A DNA stretch of 32,000 nucleotides, taken from contig JAUIDC010000001.1 of assembly GCA_030429145.1 (NCBI GenBank), positions 180,001 through 212,000 on the forward strand, written 5' to 3'. Made by a program: the position numbers and the translations under genes. This DNA is from Candidatus Saccharimonadota bacterium. GTDB taxonomy: Bacteria > Patescibacteriota > Gracilibacteria > Absconditabacterales > Absconditicoccaceae. Below are positions 1-9,415 of the stretch, piece after piece (the first letter of the stretch is position 1; each line of letters begins with the position of its first letter). The notes under the pieces are model-generated. The model worked only from the letters and a program-made list of their open reading frames with translations. It did not search any database and had not been told where the DNA came from.

Positions 1-189
1 GTAATCGATTTGTTAAAAAGAATTATCGCAACGGGAAAGACGGTGATCATCGTAGAACATGACTTTGAATTTTTGGGAGAGTTTGTAGACACCATAGTAG
101 TGATGAATGACGGGAAAGTGATCTTGAAGGGAGATTATGAGGAGATTAAGGATAATCCGAAGTTGAAGGAAGTGTATTTTGGAAAATAA
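1..189 (+). CDS. ABC transporter ATP-binding protein, C-terminal fragment (LivG/LivF/LptB-like); 5' end lies outside the window
   Basis: Frame 1 reads VIDLLKRIIATGKTVIIVEHDFEFLGEFVDTIVVMNDGKVILKGDYEEIKDNPKLKEVYFGK, ending at TAA 187-189. It shows the Walker-B/H-loop region (IIVEHD) and the ..EVYFG tail typical of this ABC ATPase subgroup. Confidence 0.6.
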   Translation, partial: VIDLLKRIIATGKTVIIVEHDFEFLGEFVDTIVVMNDGKVILKGDYEEIKDNPKLKEVYFGK

Positions 190-217
190 AAAAAGCCCCG
201 GATAAGCCGGGGTTTTA
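188..217. terminator. bidirectional rho-independent terminator between convergent genes
   Basis: Stem CCCCGG (196-201) / CCGGGG (207-212) with loop ATAAG, an A-run upstream (188-194) and a T-run downstream (213-216). Confidence 0.75.
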
Positions 218-229
218 AATTCTTTCATC

Positions 230-685
230 TTAACTTTCATTAAAGCTCAGCAAAAGCTCTTCATGAGTTTTAATACTCTTTTCTTTCTCTTGAAGTTCTT
301 TTTTCAGTTTAACTACTGCATCTTTATCTTCAGCAATATTCTCAGAAAGATATGCTTTTACTAGGATATTTGACTTACCATCTTCTATCACAGGGTCTAC
401 ATATAACAACATATGAAAACCCAATAGAATACCTGCTATTGCCATACCGACCCCAGTAGACGTAATTAACACAAACACAATAGTCATAACAATATCCGTA
501 TCAGCGACAGGGAGAGATTTGTCCCCTGTATGAGTTGATATAAAAAACACTTCTATAATAAGCGTCAATAATCCAATCACCAATGAAGCTTTATTAAAAA
601 ACCGTAATTGATTTTCATTTCGCTCTCTCTTTAGATAGTTCTCACGAACGATTTTCTTAATTTCTTGTAATTTGGGATTTTCCAT
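230..685 (-). CDS. hypothetical membrane protein (two hydrophobic helices, K/E-rich C-terminal coil)
   Basis: Intact 151-aa ORF ending in TAA (230-232). Hydrophobic stretches ASLVIGLLTLIIEVFFI and IVMTIVFVLITSTGVGMAIAGILLGFHMLL. I recognise no family motif. Confidence 0.55.
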   Translation of the reverse strand: MENPKLQEIKKIVRENYLKRERNENQLRFFNKASLVIGLLTLIIEVFFISTHTGDKSLPVADTDIVMTIVFVLITSTGVGMAIAGILLGFHMLLYVDPVIEDGKSNILVKAYLSENIAEDKDAVVKLKKELQEKEKSIKTHEELLLSFNES

Positions 686-725
686 GATTATATGTTTTTA
701 ATATTTTTTTATTCAATGTAATGAA

Positions 726-751
726 ATGGCGGAAGCAATAACTTCCGCCAT
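726..751 (-). terminator. GC-rich hairpin downstream of the 778..1641 gene (terminator-like)
   Basis: Perfect 10-bp stem ATGGCGGAAG / CTTCCGCCAT with a 6-nt loop, 27 nt past the TAA of the minus-strand gene. There is no clean U-tract, only TTCATT. Confidence 0.4.
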
Positions 752-777
752 AAGTAAATTCCACGTACATACCAAGC

Positions 778-1641
778 TTATAGCGAAATCAATAAGTATG
801 ATTTCACACTCTTTGTTTCATAGGCATAACCTATACCAAAGAGAGCTTTGAGGTATTTAGCTTGTACAAGCTTAAGGATTCCTCCTTCTAGGCGTACTAC
901 ACACTTATTGGGCAATGAATAGCCGAAATCTGAGTATAGTAATAAGTGCTGCTTGCGATGAATCATGAACGTGTTGAGGTTGGCAATGGCATCATTGCTT
1001 TTCCAGAGCACAGTTGTGCTAAAACGCTCATTCTTATAGTCGAAGCCTATGCCAGTAGTCTGGGTCTTTACCTGGTAAAAACCGCTAATGCGAAAGTTCT
1101 TTACCGTACCTGACAACTGATACTCAGGCATGTTTTGGCGAAGAGATAATCCTCCACCGATCATGCTATTTTCAGTTGGTAGATATCTGACCATAACTCC
1201 TGGTGCAGCACCTGGGAAGCGACCCTTCGTTGAAGGTTCAAACTGTCCAAAATGTGAAGCGGGATGTGGCCTATGCTGCAAAGCTGTCAGCGTAGGACTA
1301 AAACCTGCATTTACAATCCACTTACGATGAGGAACATACTGAACATAAGCAGTAGCTAGTCCATACGATACTTGTGATATCGTTTCATACTCTGCAAATG
1401 TCCACGAGTAATACGTTAGTTTCTTGCTCATCTTCCAATGAATAGCTGCACCGACACGGGTATACATAAAGTTGTTGAATTGCTTCGTCTCAGGCTGATA
1501 CAAAGCGCCCGACAATACGCCAGCATATACTTTATCTATCATCACCGCGCTGTCACCTACAGGTATATTGGTAAGCTGTGCTTGAACTGTTAATGAACTC
1601 ATGGTGATAACGCACACCAACGCGATAATTAGTCTTTTCAT
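778..1641 (-). CDS. secreted beta-rich protein with signal peptide (possible beta-barrel/porin-like fold)
   Basis: 287-aa ORF running ATG 1639-1641 to TAA 778-780. N-terminus MKRLIIALVCVITMSSLTVQAQ looks like a signal peptide. The rest is rich in short alternating hydrophobic/polar strands with many Y/F/G/T residues. No family motif recognised. Confidence 0.55.
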   Translation of the reverse strand: MKRLIIALVCVITMSSLTVQAQLTNIPVGDSAVMIDKVYAGVLSGALYQPETKQFNNFMYTRVGAAIHWKMSKKLTYYSWTFAEYETISQVSYGLATAYVQYVPHRKWIVNAGFSPTLTALQHRPHPASHFGQFEPSTKGRFPGAAPGVMVRYLPTENSMIGGGLSLRQNMPEYQLSGTVKNFRISGFYQVKTQTTGIGFDYKNERFSTTVLWKSNDAIANLNTFMIHRKQHLLLYSDFGYSLPNKCVVRLEGGILKLVQAKYLKALFGIGYAYETKSVKSYLLISL

Positions 1642-1719
1642 ATTTTTCTTTTATTTTGGTTTTTGTGTTCATATTATAATACATATCTCTTATCTGTCAA
1701 TTATGTTGATTAACTTTCT

Positions 1720-1741
1720 GTTGTTTGAAACCACCAACAAC
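1720..1741. repeat. inverted repeat GTTGTT-N10-AACAAC in the divergent promoter region upstream of the TrmB-like gene
   Basis: GTTGTT at 1720-1725 and AACAAC at 1736-1741, read directly. An operator role is only a guess. Confidence 0.2.
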
Positions 1742-1802
1742 CCCCTAAATTTGCGTAATAGCAAAAGTACGAATATACTAGGATATATCTTATTTCTTAC
1801 GA

Positions 1803-1808
1803 TATTTT
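1803..1808 (+). promoter_or_regulatory. -10-like hexamer TATTTT 6 nt upstream of the TrmB ATG (short or absent leader)
   Basis: The sequence gaTATTTTacgcacATG is read directly. No Shine-Dalgarno-like purine run lies in between. Confidence 0.3.
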
Positions 1809-1814
1809 ACGCAC

Positions 1815-2558
1815 ATGGAATCATTACTTTTGACTCTCCAACAGTACGGTCTTTCTGAGAAGGAAGCGAAGGTCTATCTCACTGCCCTGCAACTCGGTTC
1901 AGCGCCCGGCAGCACTATTGCAAGAAATGCAAAAGAGAATAGAGCTACGGTCTATACCATCCTCAAAGAGCTCCAGAAAAAAGGGATCGTCAACGAGATC
2001 AAGAAAGACAACGTCACATTCTTCTCAGTCATCGCTCCTGACCTCCTCCTCAGAGAATTAGAAGACAAGTACAATAGCTTCAAGGAGAAGATTCCTGAGT
2101 TTCTCGCACTTGCAGAGACATTTGGCAATAAGCCAAAAGTACAGTTTTTTGAAGGCATTGAGGGTGTGAAGAAAATGTATGAGGACCTTCTTAGTTCACA
2201 AACAGAGATCTGTTCATTTCTCGGCATTGAGCACAGCAACAAAGAACTACTACAATACCTCAACAGAGAGTTTCTTATACGTCGCATCAAAAATGACATC
2301 TCTGCGAGAGTGATACTTTCTGACACAGAAAAAAATCAGAAATATGCTGGTATTGATGAAAAAGCGAAGAAACACTCTATCATTATTGAAAAGCCTGACT
2401 TCACTATTGACGGTGAAATAAACATCTACGGTCCAAACAAGATCAGCATCGCTCTGATGCACGATACAGAGATGTCGGGCATCATCATCTCAAGTGAGAA
2501 GCTATACTCTACCCTCAAAAATATATTCGATTTAGTTTGGTCGCAGAATAGTAAATAA
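1815..2558 (+). CDS. TrmB-family helix-turn-helix transcriptional regulator
   Basis: 247-aa intact ORF. The N-terminus LQQYGLSEKEAKVYLTALQLGSAPGSTIARNAKENRATVYTILKELQKKGIV is the TrmB-type winged HTH pattern (GLSxxEAKVYxxLLxxG...). Stop is TAA at 2556-2558. Confidence 0.7.
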   Translation: MESLLLTLQQYGLSEKEAKVYLTALQLGSAPGSTIARNAKENRATVYTILKELQKKGIVNEIKKDNVTFFSVIAPDLLLRELEDKYNSFKEKIPEFLALAETFGNKPKVQFFEGIEGVKKMYEDLLSSQTEICSFLGIEHSNKELLQYLNREFLIRRIKNDISARVILSDTEKNQKYAGIDEKAKKHSIIIEKPDFTIDGEINIYGPNKISIALMHDTEMSGIIISSEKLYSTLKNIFDLVWSQNSK

Positions 2559-4945
2559 TGAGCATGAAAGCTCCAGCACGCGGAGCCTGAGTTAATGAAA
2601 ATCTAGAATCAACAAGAGTTGATAAGATTTGATATTATCTTGATCAACTCTTTGGGCCTAATCCAGACCCAAATGGTATGTTTCTGTATGACTGGGGAGA
2701 CCCGCTTGGCAAAGACAATGGTGCACACCTCTTTTCAGAAGTCACACAGACCAAAGGCTACCAGCGCCTATCGCAATGAGAAAAAAACCTCTACAAGACT
2801 CACGCACATATACTAAAAGATATCCTCGATGAAAACACGAGAAACATCATCGACATGGGATGTGGAGATGGCGAGAAAAGTGCACAGGTACTGGATGCGG
2901 CGCTTGGTGAACAACTTGCATGAAAAACCTATATCCCTGCTGACATCAGTCCTTATTTTGTCGACCATGCAGGCGACAATGTCAAAGACCATTTCTCAAA
3001 ACAAAATACAAATATCAAAACAGTAGGAATGAATATCGACTTTCTTACATCCGATGCATTCAAAGATATCAAACATAAAATCTACCTCCTCCTTGGATGA
3101 AGTATTGGTAATTTTTCTGATGAAGAGATAGTACAAATATTACAAAATATGGCTGACAATAGCTACAAGGAGACGAGCAAGGCAGCCTTCAGTTACTTCA
3201 CTGCTCCCGATAAAGAGAGTGAGACATATCAAGATGATATCTATAAAATACTTGCTGCATACGGAGACCCTGACACTACAAACCCTTATTTTGATCAAGA
3301 AACACATCAAAAAACATCAGAGCGAATCCTTAGATGATTTGAATCTCTCGGCATCGAGAGAAACTCGATAGAGTTTTGTGTAAAGTATGATAAAGAGAAA
3401 AAAAGAATAGTAAGTGGCGTAAAAGTAAAAAAAAGGATCGTGATTAAACGTAATGGGAAAAATTATTTAAAGGAACCCGGAGAACACATATGGGCGATAC
3501 AATCAAGAAGATTTTCGAAGGAAGATATAAGTGCATTAATTAGCCAAGCATGAGGCGAAGTCATAGACAACTCCCCTCTTCAAGAGGGAATGGCAGCTAT
3601 CAGTTTTGAGGTAGGAAAAACACCTGAAGCTATAGAATCCAATAGAAAATTGAGAAAAAACAAGTTGGTCACGACCATCACTACTCTTGCTCTTCTTGCA
3701 GCATTAGGATGAGGTATGAAAATAGGCGAGAAAAGAGCTCAGGAAAAAGAAAGGAAAGAACGAATAGAGCGAGCTTCACCCTATGTCAATTTGACTCAAT
3801 CGTACAGATGACTTAGCAACGATCTGACTAATAAAGGTGATCAGAATGCTGAACAATTACGGGAACATTACGAGATAACATATGCTGAGCGCTTTAAGAC
3901 AGCCTACAATATAGATGATGCTAAAGCAAAAGAGATGAAACGCAGCTTTCTTTCGTGGTATGTGAAACAAACGGCCAACACGAGATATAGCCTTGATACC
4001 CGAGGTGGTTATGGAGAAAGCTATATCCACCTGATGCATGACTTTATCAATGAAAGAGGCGAAGAGTTTTGATTGAGTCAAAAAGATTATTTTGGAAATA
4101 TAGATGTTTATATGAGTCTTACTCGTAATACATTGCATTCTGAGTTGTCTGGAGAACTTCCTCAGGGCACAAAGATTACGAACGAGAAAATAATAAGTCA
4201 TAACCATCACTTCAACCTTTTTGATGAGGAAGGAAGAACAATTGGCAAAGTAGCTCAAGCAGAGATCAATGGGCAAAAAATGTTGGTCGCTGCATATGTG
4301 GAGGGACAAGATCAATACAGTAGCTACTCTGTAGATGCCGGCAAAGAGTTTCTCAAGATCTACTATATGAACTACCCATGACTGTACGATTTTTCTAAAC
4401 AGCTAGCTGCGAAGTATCAATTTAAAGAAGATAACTCAATGACTCATGAGGCAAACTGAAGGGAATACAATAGAGCTTCACAAGAGTTTATTCAAAAACA
4501 CATCGCATGATTACTCATGCAAGGATACGAGTTTGATTTCTATACACTAGGTTTACACTCTAATGAATATCAAATAAACTATTTTGCTAGTACATTCCTG
4601 CCTTACTCCAAAGAGGACTATGAGAATATAGATATGGGTAATCGAGATTGGTTTGAGTCATACAATGTACAGTGACTACTCGATGAGTGTATTGAATATG
4701 TCAAAAAGAATATTATGAGCAAAGAAGACACTCTCTCTCTTAAAAGAGAAAATCGCCTCAGAAGCATCATCTTCACAGCGATCTACAATAACATGACTCT
4801 AGGAGTAAGAACATTGACTGCCGAAAAAGCAGTTGCAGATCTTGAAGAAGAAATTAAAGCGTGACTAGTGAACCAAATTGTGTCTGAGAAAACGATAGCT
4901 GCTGGAAGAGGCAACGGACAGACCATCAAAATATATGAAGAGTAA
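2558..4945 (+). CDS. 795-aa fusion: EgtD-like SAM-dependent N-methyltransferase (Methyltransf_33 type) + TM-like segment + ~400-aa uncharacterised C-terminal domain
   Basis: ATG 2558 overlaps the TrmB stop (TAATG). One frame stays open to TAA 4943-4945 if TGA=Gly, with in-frame TGA starting at 2588, 2630, 2777, 2921, 3098, 3335, 3551, 3710, 3809, 4070 and 4379, among others. It absorbs track ORFs 3149..3337 and 4073..4381. EgtD-type motifs: LYDWGD..GAHLFSEVTQTKGY, IIDMGCGDGEKS, YIPADISPYF, LLLG-G-SIGNFSDEEIVQIL, WAIQSRRFSKEDISALISQAG. Hydrophobic LVTTITTLALLAALGGGM lies at about 3662-3720. Confidence 0.7.
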
Positions 4946-5006
4946 CACGAAGATCAGCGATAGCACTACTCTACTAACTGTTGGTGGAGATAAACAACAG
5001 AAAAAA

Positions 5007-5036
5007 AGTTCATATAATTTACATATGAGCTTTTTC
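5007..5036 (+). terminator. rho-independent terminator after the methyltransferase-fusion gene
   Basis: Stem AGTTCATAT (5007-5015) / ATATGAGCT (5023-5031) with one G-U pair, a 7-nt loop and TTTTT at 5031-5035. An A-run precedes it. Confidence 0.6.
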
Positions 5037-5078
5037 AATTATAATTATTAATAATTTATACCTCACTTAACTATTTTA

Positions 5079-5792
5079 ATGAATCATATAAACAAACTTA
5101 ATGACGAGAGGATCAATAATATCCAGGAAGCTGGCAAATGAAACCTCCTCAAAAAAATCTCTGCCAGAATCGCCAACGAATTTCATGAAGAGAATATTGA
5201 AAATCTTCGCACGGCATTTGATGTGCTATTCTGAAAAGGAGAGATGACTGCAGAAGTCAAAGAGGCACTCAAAAAGTTTAATCTTGCTGGACTTCAGCTT
5301 TCTGACGATGAAAAAACCATAGACAGTGAAGCAAAAAGCAAATGGCTCATACAATACTGGCAAGATTTAGCTCATGTTTCAATGGGTGTTTATACCAATA
5401 TGAGACCAGTTGACATCAATATAGATATACCTCAAGAGTCAGGTAAATATAAATTTATTTTTATCAATCCTGGAATTATGCGAGACAATGAGTTTGCCCT
5501 TGTATCATGAACAGAAGATGCCCATATAGATATCTTCAGACGTTATCACAGTGAACATACCCAAGAAGATAACGAGACAACTGCAAAAATGAAAAACAAC
5601 AGCGGCCAAGCGATGGTTCCCGGTGGTTGACGAATAGAGGTCGACGCTAAAAACAAGCACCTTCGTTTTTATGGAAGCTCAGGAAATTATGGATATATAG
5701 CTGATAAGGTTATTGAATGGGCGACGCAGAAATTAAGGAATCAGTGATGGGAGACGAAGATTGAGATGGATTATGCAGGGAGAAATCATTAA
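5079..5792 (+). CDS. hypothetical protein (237 aa), no recognisable family
   Basis: ATG 5079 to TAA 5790-5792, open only if four TGA codons are read as Gly. It absorbs track ORF 5244..5510. The C-terminal segment is AMVPGG-G-RIEVDAKNKHLRFYGSSGNYGYIADKVIEWA. The start codon is uncertain. Confidence 0.5.
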
Positions 5793-8700
5793 TTACTTCA
5801 CCACCTTACCCATCTCCAAATACACAACCTCATCTGCAAACTTCAACAGGGTCTTATCATGCTCAATCATCAAGATTGTATCTCACTTATCGAGGAACTG
5901 CTTCAATACGAGGAGCAGTTTTTCGATATCCGAAGGATGAAGACCGACCGTTGGTTCGTCGAGGAAGTAGACGGTATGACCTCTGTATTGTTTAAGGAGA
6001 TGTTTGACGAGTTTGATACGCTGTGATTCACCTCCTGAAAGCGTATGTGCTGGCTGCCCCATTCTGAGGTAACCGAGCCCGATATCGATCATCAGTTTGA
6101 GCTCGTCGGCAATAAATCCGATGTCTTTGAAGACCTCGTAGGCCTCATAGACGTACATTTCGAGAATATCAGCGATCGTGTGCCCATGCCGATGAATATT
6201 CAGTATTTCCGTTTTGTAACGCTTACCGTGACAAAGTTCACAAGGAACATAGGTATCTGGGAGGAATTGAAGCTCTATTTTCTTGTGACCGTAGCCATCA
6301 CACGCTGGACATGCACCCTTTGACGAGTTGAACGAAAAGTGTCCCGCTTGGAAACCCATAAACTTCGCCTGATCGGTTCCAGCATAAATCTTACGAATAT
6401 TATCAAATGTGCCAATAAACGTACCTGGACAACTACGCGGCGTCTTACCAATACTCGTCTGGTCTACATAAATAACATTATCAACTTTATCGTGACCCGT
6501 GATAGTCTCTACTCCTATCGTATGATAAAATTCTTGTAGTGCGAGATTTTCAAGATTTGAGTACTCTTCACGTTTCATGACTGGCGATGCAACAATCTCG
6601 CTCCACGACATTCCTTTTTTCAAAAGCTGCAGTCTAATCCATCACTGTACGAATTTTGTCTTCTCTTCAAAGAACTTATAAAGCGTCTCAAACATAAGCG
6701 TCGTTTTACCTGCTCCCGATGGACCGGTAATGATACTAAATGCACCAAGACGAAGATTGACATCTATCCCCTGCAGATTGTTTTGCGTTGCTTTCTTTAC
6801 CTTAATCCACTTATCTTCTGGCTTATGATCAAACGTCACATCTATCTTTCTCTTACCAGTAATATAGTCTGCCGTCAATGTTTCAGACTTTTCAAACTTG
6901 TCATATGGCCCAGAGAACAGTAGATGTCCACCAAAATCACCTGATCATGGTCATATCTCGACCACCCAGTCCGATGCTTTGATAAAAGCTTCATTGTGCT
7001 CTACCACGACGATAGTATTTCCCATATCTTTGAGCGTCTTGATCGCTTTTATCGTACGTTCAATCTCACGATCATCCAGACCAATAGTCGGCTCATCGAG
7101 TACATAGATGATACCAGTCAACTTATTACCAAGCTGTTTCGCCAATCTCAAACGCTGGATCTCACCTCCGGAAAGCGTATCGATCTGTCTGTGCAGATTG
7201 AGATGCCCAAGTCCAAGACTACCAATTGTGTTGAGCCTATCTAAGAGTGGTGTCATGATACGATTGACCAACATTTCTGGCTTGTCGGTCGTCTTCTGGT
7301 AGTATTCCAATTTTGCTACGAGATCTGCGATAGTCATCCTCTGCAGATCATAGATGGTGAACATCTCGTCAACCTTATCAGTGAAAATATTGTCGGGCTG
7401 TTTTCCTTTTGCACCCATATATAAAAACACATACATAGACTCTTTACGGAGCTTACTTCCATGACATTCTGGGCATAGTTGCATATGAAACATCGCCTGA
7501 AAGTCTACACTTAGTACACCCTTGTTGTACTGAGAGGTCAATACGTCCTGTATACCATGATATTTCATACTTACATACTTACCTCCCATACCAAGCCTGA
7601 GGAGTTCTCCATCACCATCTATCACTACTTGTTGAAACCACTGTGGTAGTTTGTTCCATGGGAGATCCTCATCCATCGAATATTTCTGCGCTAACTTCTT
7701 CAAGATAGTCTGCCCAAGCACACTATCTTTCCATGGAATAATCGCTTTTGAGAAAACTGCTCCCGTATCGATGATACGATCCATATCTACCTGCAATATT
7801 TCACCTAATCCATGACAGTGCTGACACGCACCCTCTGCTCTATTTGGCGAAAAATGCTGCGTTGTAAACTCAGGATACGAGATATCATAATCCGGGTCGT
7901 AGTTCTTATCAGTAAACCACTTGATACTGTTCGACACAGTAAATACATCTTTATCTAACCCTTTCGACAGCTCATTTTCTCCATCCTGTTTCTCTTCCAA
8001 TGCCTCATAAACACCGAATTTCTTCGTCAATGACAAAATCTTAATAATATCTTCTTTCAAACGCCCCATCTTGCTCTCCTCGATCGTCACACGGTCAAAG
8101 ATCCCATAGACTTTTATCGGGAAAAACTTCTCCGGAATATGTGGAGATTCGAGATAGAAATACTCGATAACACTTGCGTCAGCGACAGATTCTACTGCTT
8201 GATGTTTGTGCTCTTCTCTTGCATGAGCAATAATATTGACATTTGAACCTTGCGTCTCTAGCTCCTTTTTTCCTTTCTTTTTTGTCGTTTCTTCTTCGAT
8301 ATCATCATCTTCGCTCGCTTCTTCCGTATCCTTTCCTCCCATAAGGATAAGATATCTTGTGAATCACTCTCCATTTTCTACTTTCGTGCGATTTTTCTTC
8401 ACAAATTTGAGAAAACTCATCTCATCGTCAAATCTTCCTGCTTCCTGCACAAGGTAGATTTTCTTATTGAGATATTTTTCTTTAATCTCTCCTACTATCT
8501 GATCAATACTCTGTGGTCTGATCATCTTCCCCGAACCATACGAGTAGATATCACCAAGCTTTGCATACATCAGACGTAGATAATCATCGATCTCTGTCAA
8601 CGTTCCCACTGTCGAACGAACATTTCCGACACGTTTATTCTGTTCAATAGCAATCGCCGGAGAAAGCCCTTCTGTGTAGTCTATATCTGGCCTCTCACCA

Positions 8701-9050
8701 AGATTAAAAAACTGTCTGAGATACGATGAAAGTGACTCAATATAGCGATACTGCCCCTCTTTATAGACTGTATCAAATGCAAATGATGACTTTCCGGAAC
8801 CAGAAACTCATACCACTGAAACTATGTTGTTCTTCGGGATAGTAATATCAACATCACGAAGATTGTGCGTCTTGATACCACGGAAAACAATTTTTTCTCC
8901 CTCTGGCTGATAGACCTCAGAGTGGATATGCTCTCCGGCAGCGATAATTTCCTCATGGGTTACCGCCTTCATTACCTTCTTTTTCGCTGTCGTTTTCTTC
9001 TTTGCTACTGATTTTTTCGCTGGAGTCTTCTTTTTTGCGCTACTCGGCAT
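5793..9050 (-). CDS. uvrA: excinuclease ABC subunit A (UvrA) with a K/A-rich N-terminal tail
   Basis: Track ORFs 8808..9056, 8364..8609, 6951..8342, 6642..6878 and 5883..6623 share one frame and are separated only by TGA (8808, 8364, 6951, 6945, 6642, 5883). The true stop is TAA at 5793-5795. Motifs: Walker A VV-G-VSGSGKSS, EI-G-P-G-SG (= IGPGAG), zinc modules CQHCHGLG, CPECHGSK and CPACDGYG..CELCHGKRY, and signatures LSGGEIQR and LSGGESQR. I place the start at ATG 9048-9050; an alternative TTG is at 9054-9056. Confidence 0.92.
8970..9050 (-). other. low-complexity segment coding the UvrA Lys/Ala-rich N-terminal tail
   Basis: MPSSAKKKTPAKKSVAKKKTTAKKKVMKAV precedes the conserved UvrA N-terminus (..FRGIKTHNLRDVDITIP). 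Confidence 0.7.
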
Positions 9051-9060
9051 AAGCAAAACA

Positions 9061-9066
9061 ATTATA
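9061..9066 (-). promoter_or_regulatory. -10 hexamer TATAAT 10 nt upstream of the uvrA ATG
   Basis: The minus strand reads agtgTATAATtgttttgcttATG. No Shine-Dalgarno motif is present, which implies a very short leader. Confidence 0.4.
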
Positions 9067-9112
9067 CACTAAATCGAATATTCCTTTATAGCCTTTTTAA
9101 CGCAAATTACAA

Positions 9113-9149
9113 TCATAAAAAAGTGCGCAAGGAAAGAAAACCTCGCGCA
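9113..9149 (-). terminator. rho-independent terminator (minus strand) inside the uvrA-upstream spacer
   Basis: The minus strand reads TGCGCGAGG-ttttcttt-CCTTGCGCA followed by CTTTTTTAT: a 9-bp stem with one mismatch, then a U-tract. Confidence 0.55.
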
Positions 9150-9190
9150 TAGATCATTTAATGGTGTCGTGGCAGTAAGTAAGAGCCACC
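9113..9190 (-). ncRNA. candidate small RNA / orphan transcription unit (~70-80 nt)
   Basis: It is bounded by a sigma70-like promoter (9194-9221) and the terminator at 9113-9149. It contains a second hairpin, GTGGC..GCCAC (9169-9189). There is no ORF, and I recognise no known RNA family. Confidence 0.25.
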
Positions 9191-9193
9191 CCC

Positions 9194-9221
9194 AGTATGA
9201 CAAATCTGTTATTGATTGCAA
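9194..9221 (-). promoter_or_regulatory. sigma70-like promoter TTGCAA-16 nt-CATACT (minus strand)
   Basis: -35 TTGCAA at 9216-9221 and -10 CATACT at 9194-9199, with a 16-nt spacer. It lies immediately downstream of the 9222-9256 terminator. Confidence 0.3.
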
Positions 9222-9256
9222 ATAAAAAAAGAGGGCGCTGGTGAAAACCAGCCCCC
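9222..9256 (-). terminator. rho-independent terminator of the 9416..10387 gene
   Basis: The minus strand reads GGGGGCTGG-ttttca-CCAGCGCCC followed by TCTTTTTTTATTT. Confidence 0.6.
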
Positions 9257-9415
9257 ATTAACCCATTAAATTCACTTCTTAGCAACAAAAAAGTTTATGA
9301 ACAAAGCTGAAATGTCATAGCTTTTGTTAACCGCGGAAATGAACACAGAGAAGGATCACAACTCCTTCAATGTCAGCACGTAGTATACCTATAAATCAAT
9401 AGAAAGCAAGGTTAT

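Noticed and set aside
5793-9056. uvrA read as a pseudogene broken into five pieces (likewise topA at 15887-18256, rel at 20239-22449, the ABC exporter and the surface protein).
   Set aside because: All breaks are TGA, never TAA or TAG, and there are no frameshifts. The TGA codons align with invariant glycines. Recoding explains this far better than decay does.
9290-9390. Small minus-strand ORFs after an AAGGAG (a 10-aa GTG ORF or a 31-aa TTG ORF) downstream of the 9416 gene.
   Set aside because: The spacing between SD and start is too short (0-2 nt), the start codons are non-ATG, and there is no recognisable peptide family.
9051-9415. A tRNA (especially the expected tRNA-Gly-UCA), SRP RNA or tmRNA in the largest spacer.
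   Set aside because: I could find no T-loop GGTTCGAATCC-like box, no cloverleaf and no SRP/tmRNA conserved motif by eye. The suppressor-type tRNA must lie elsewhere in the genome.
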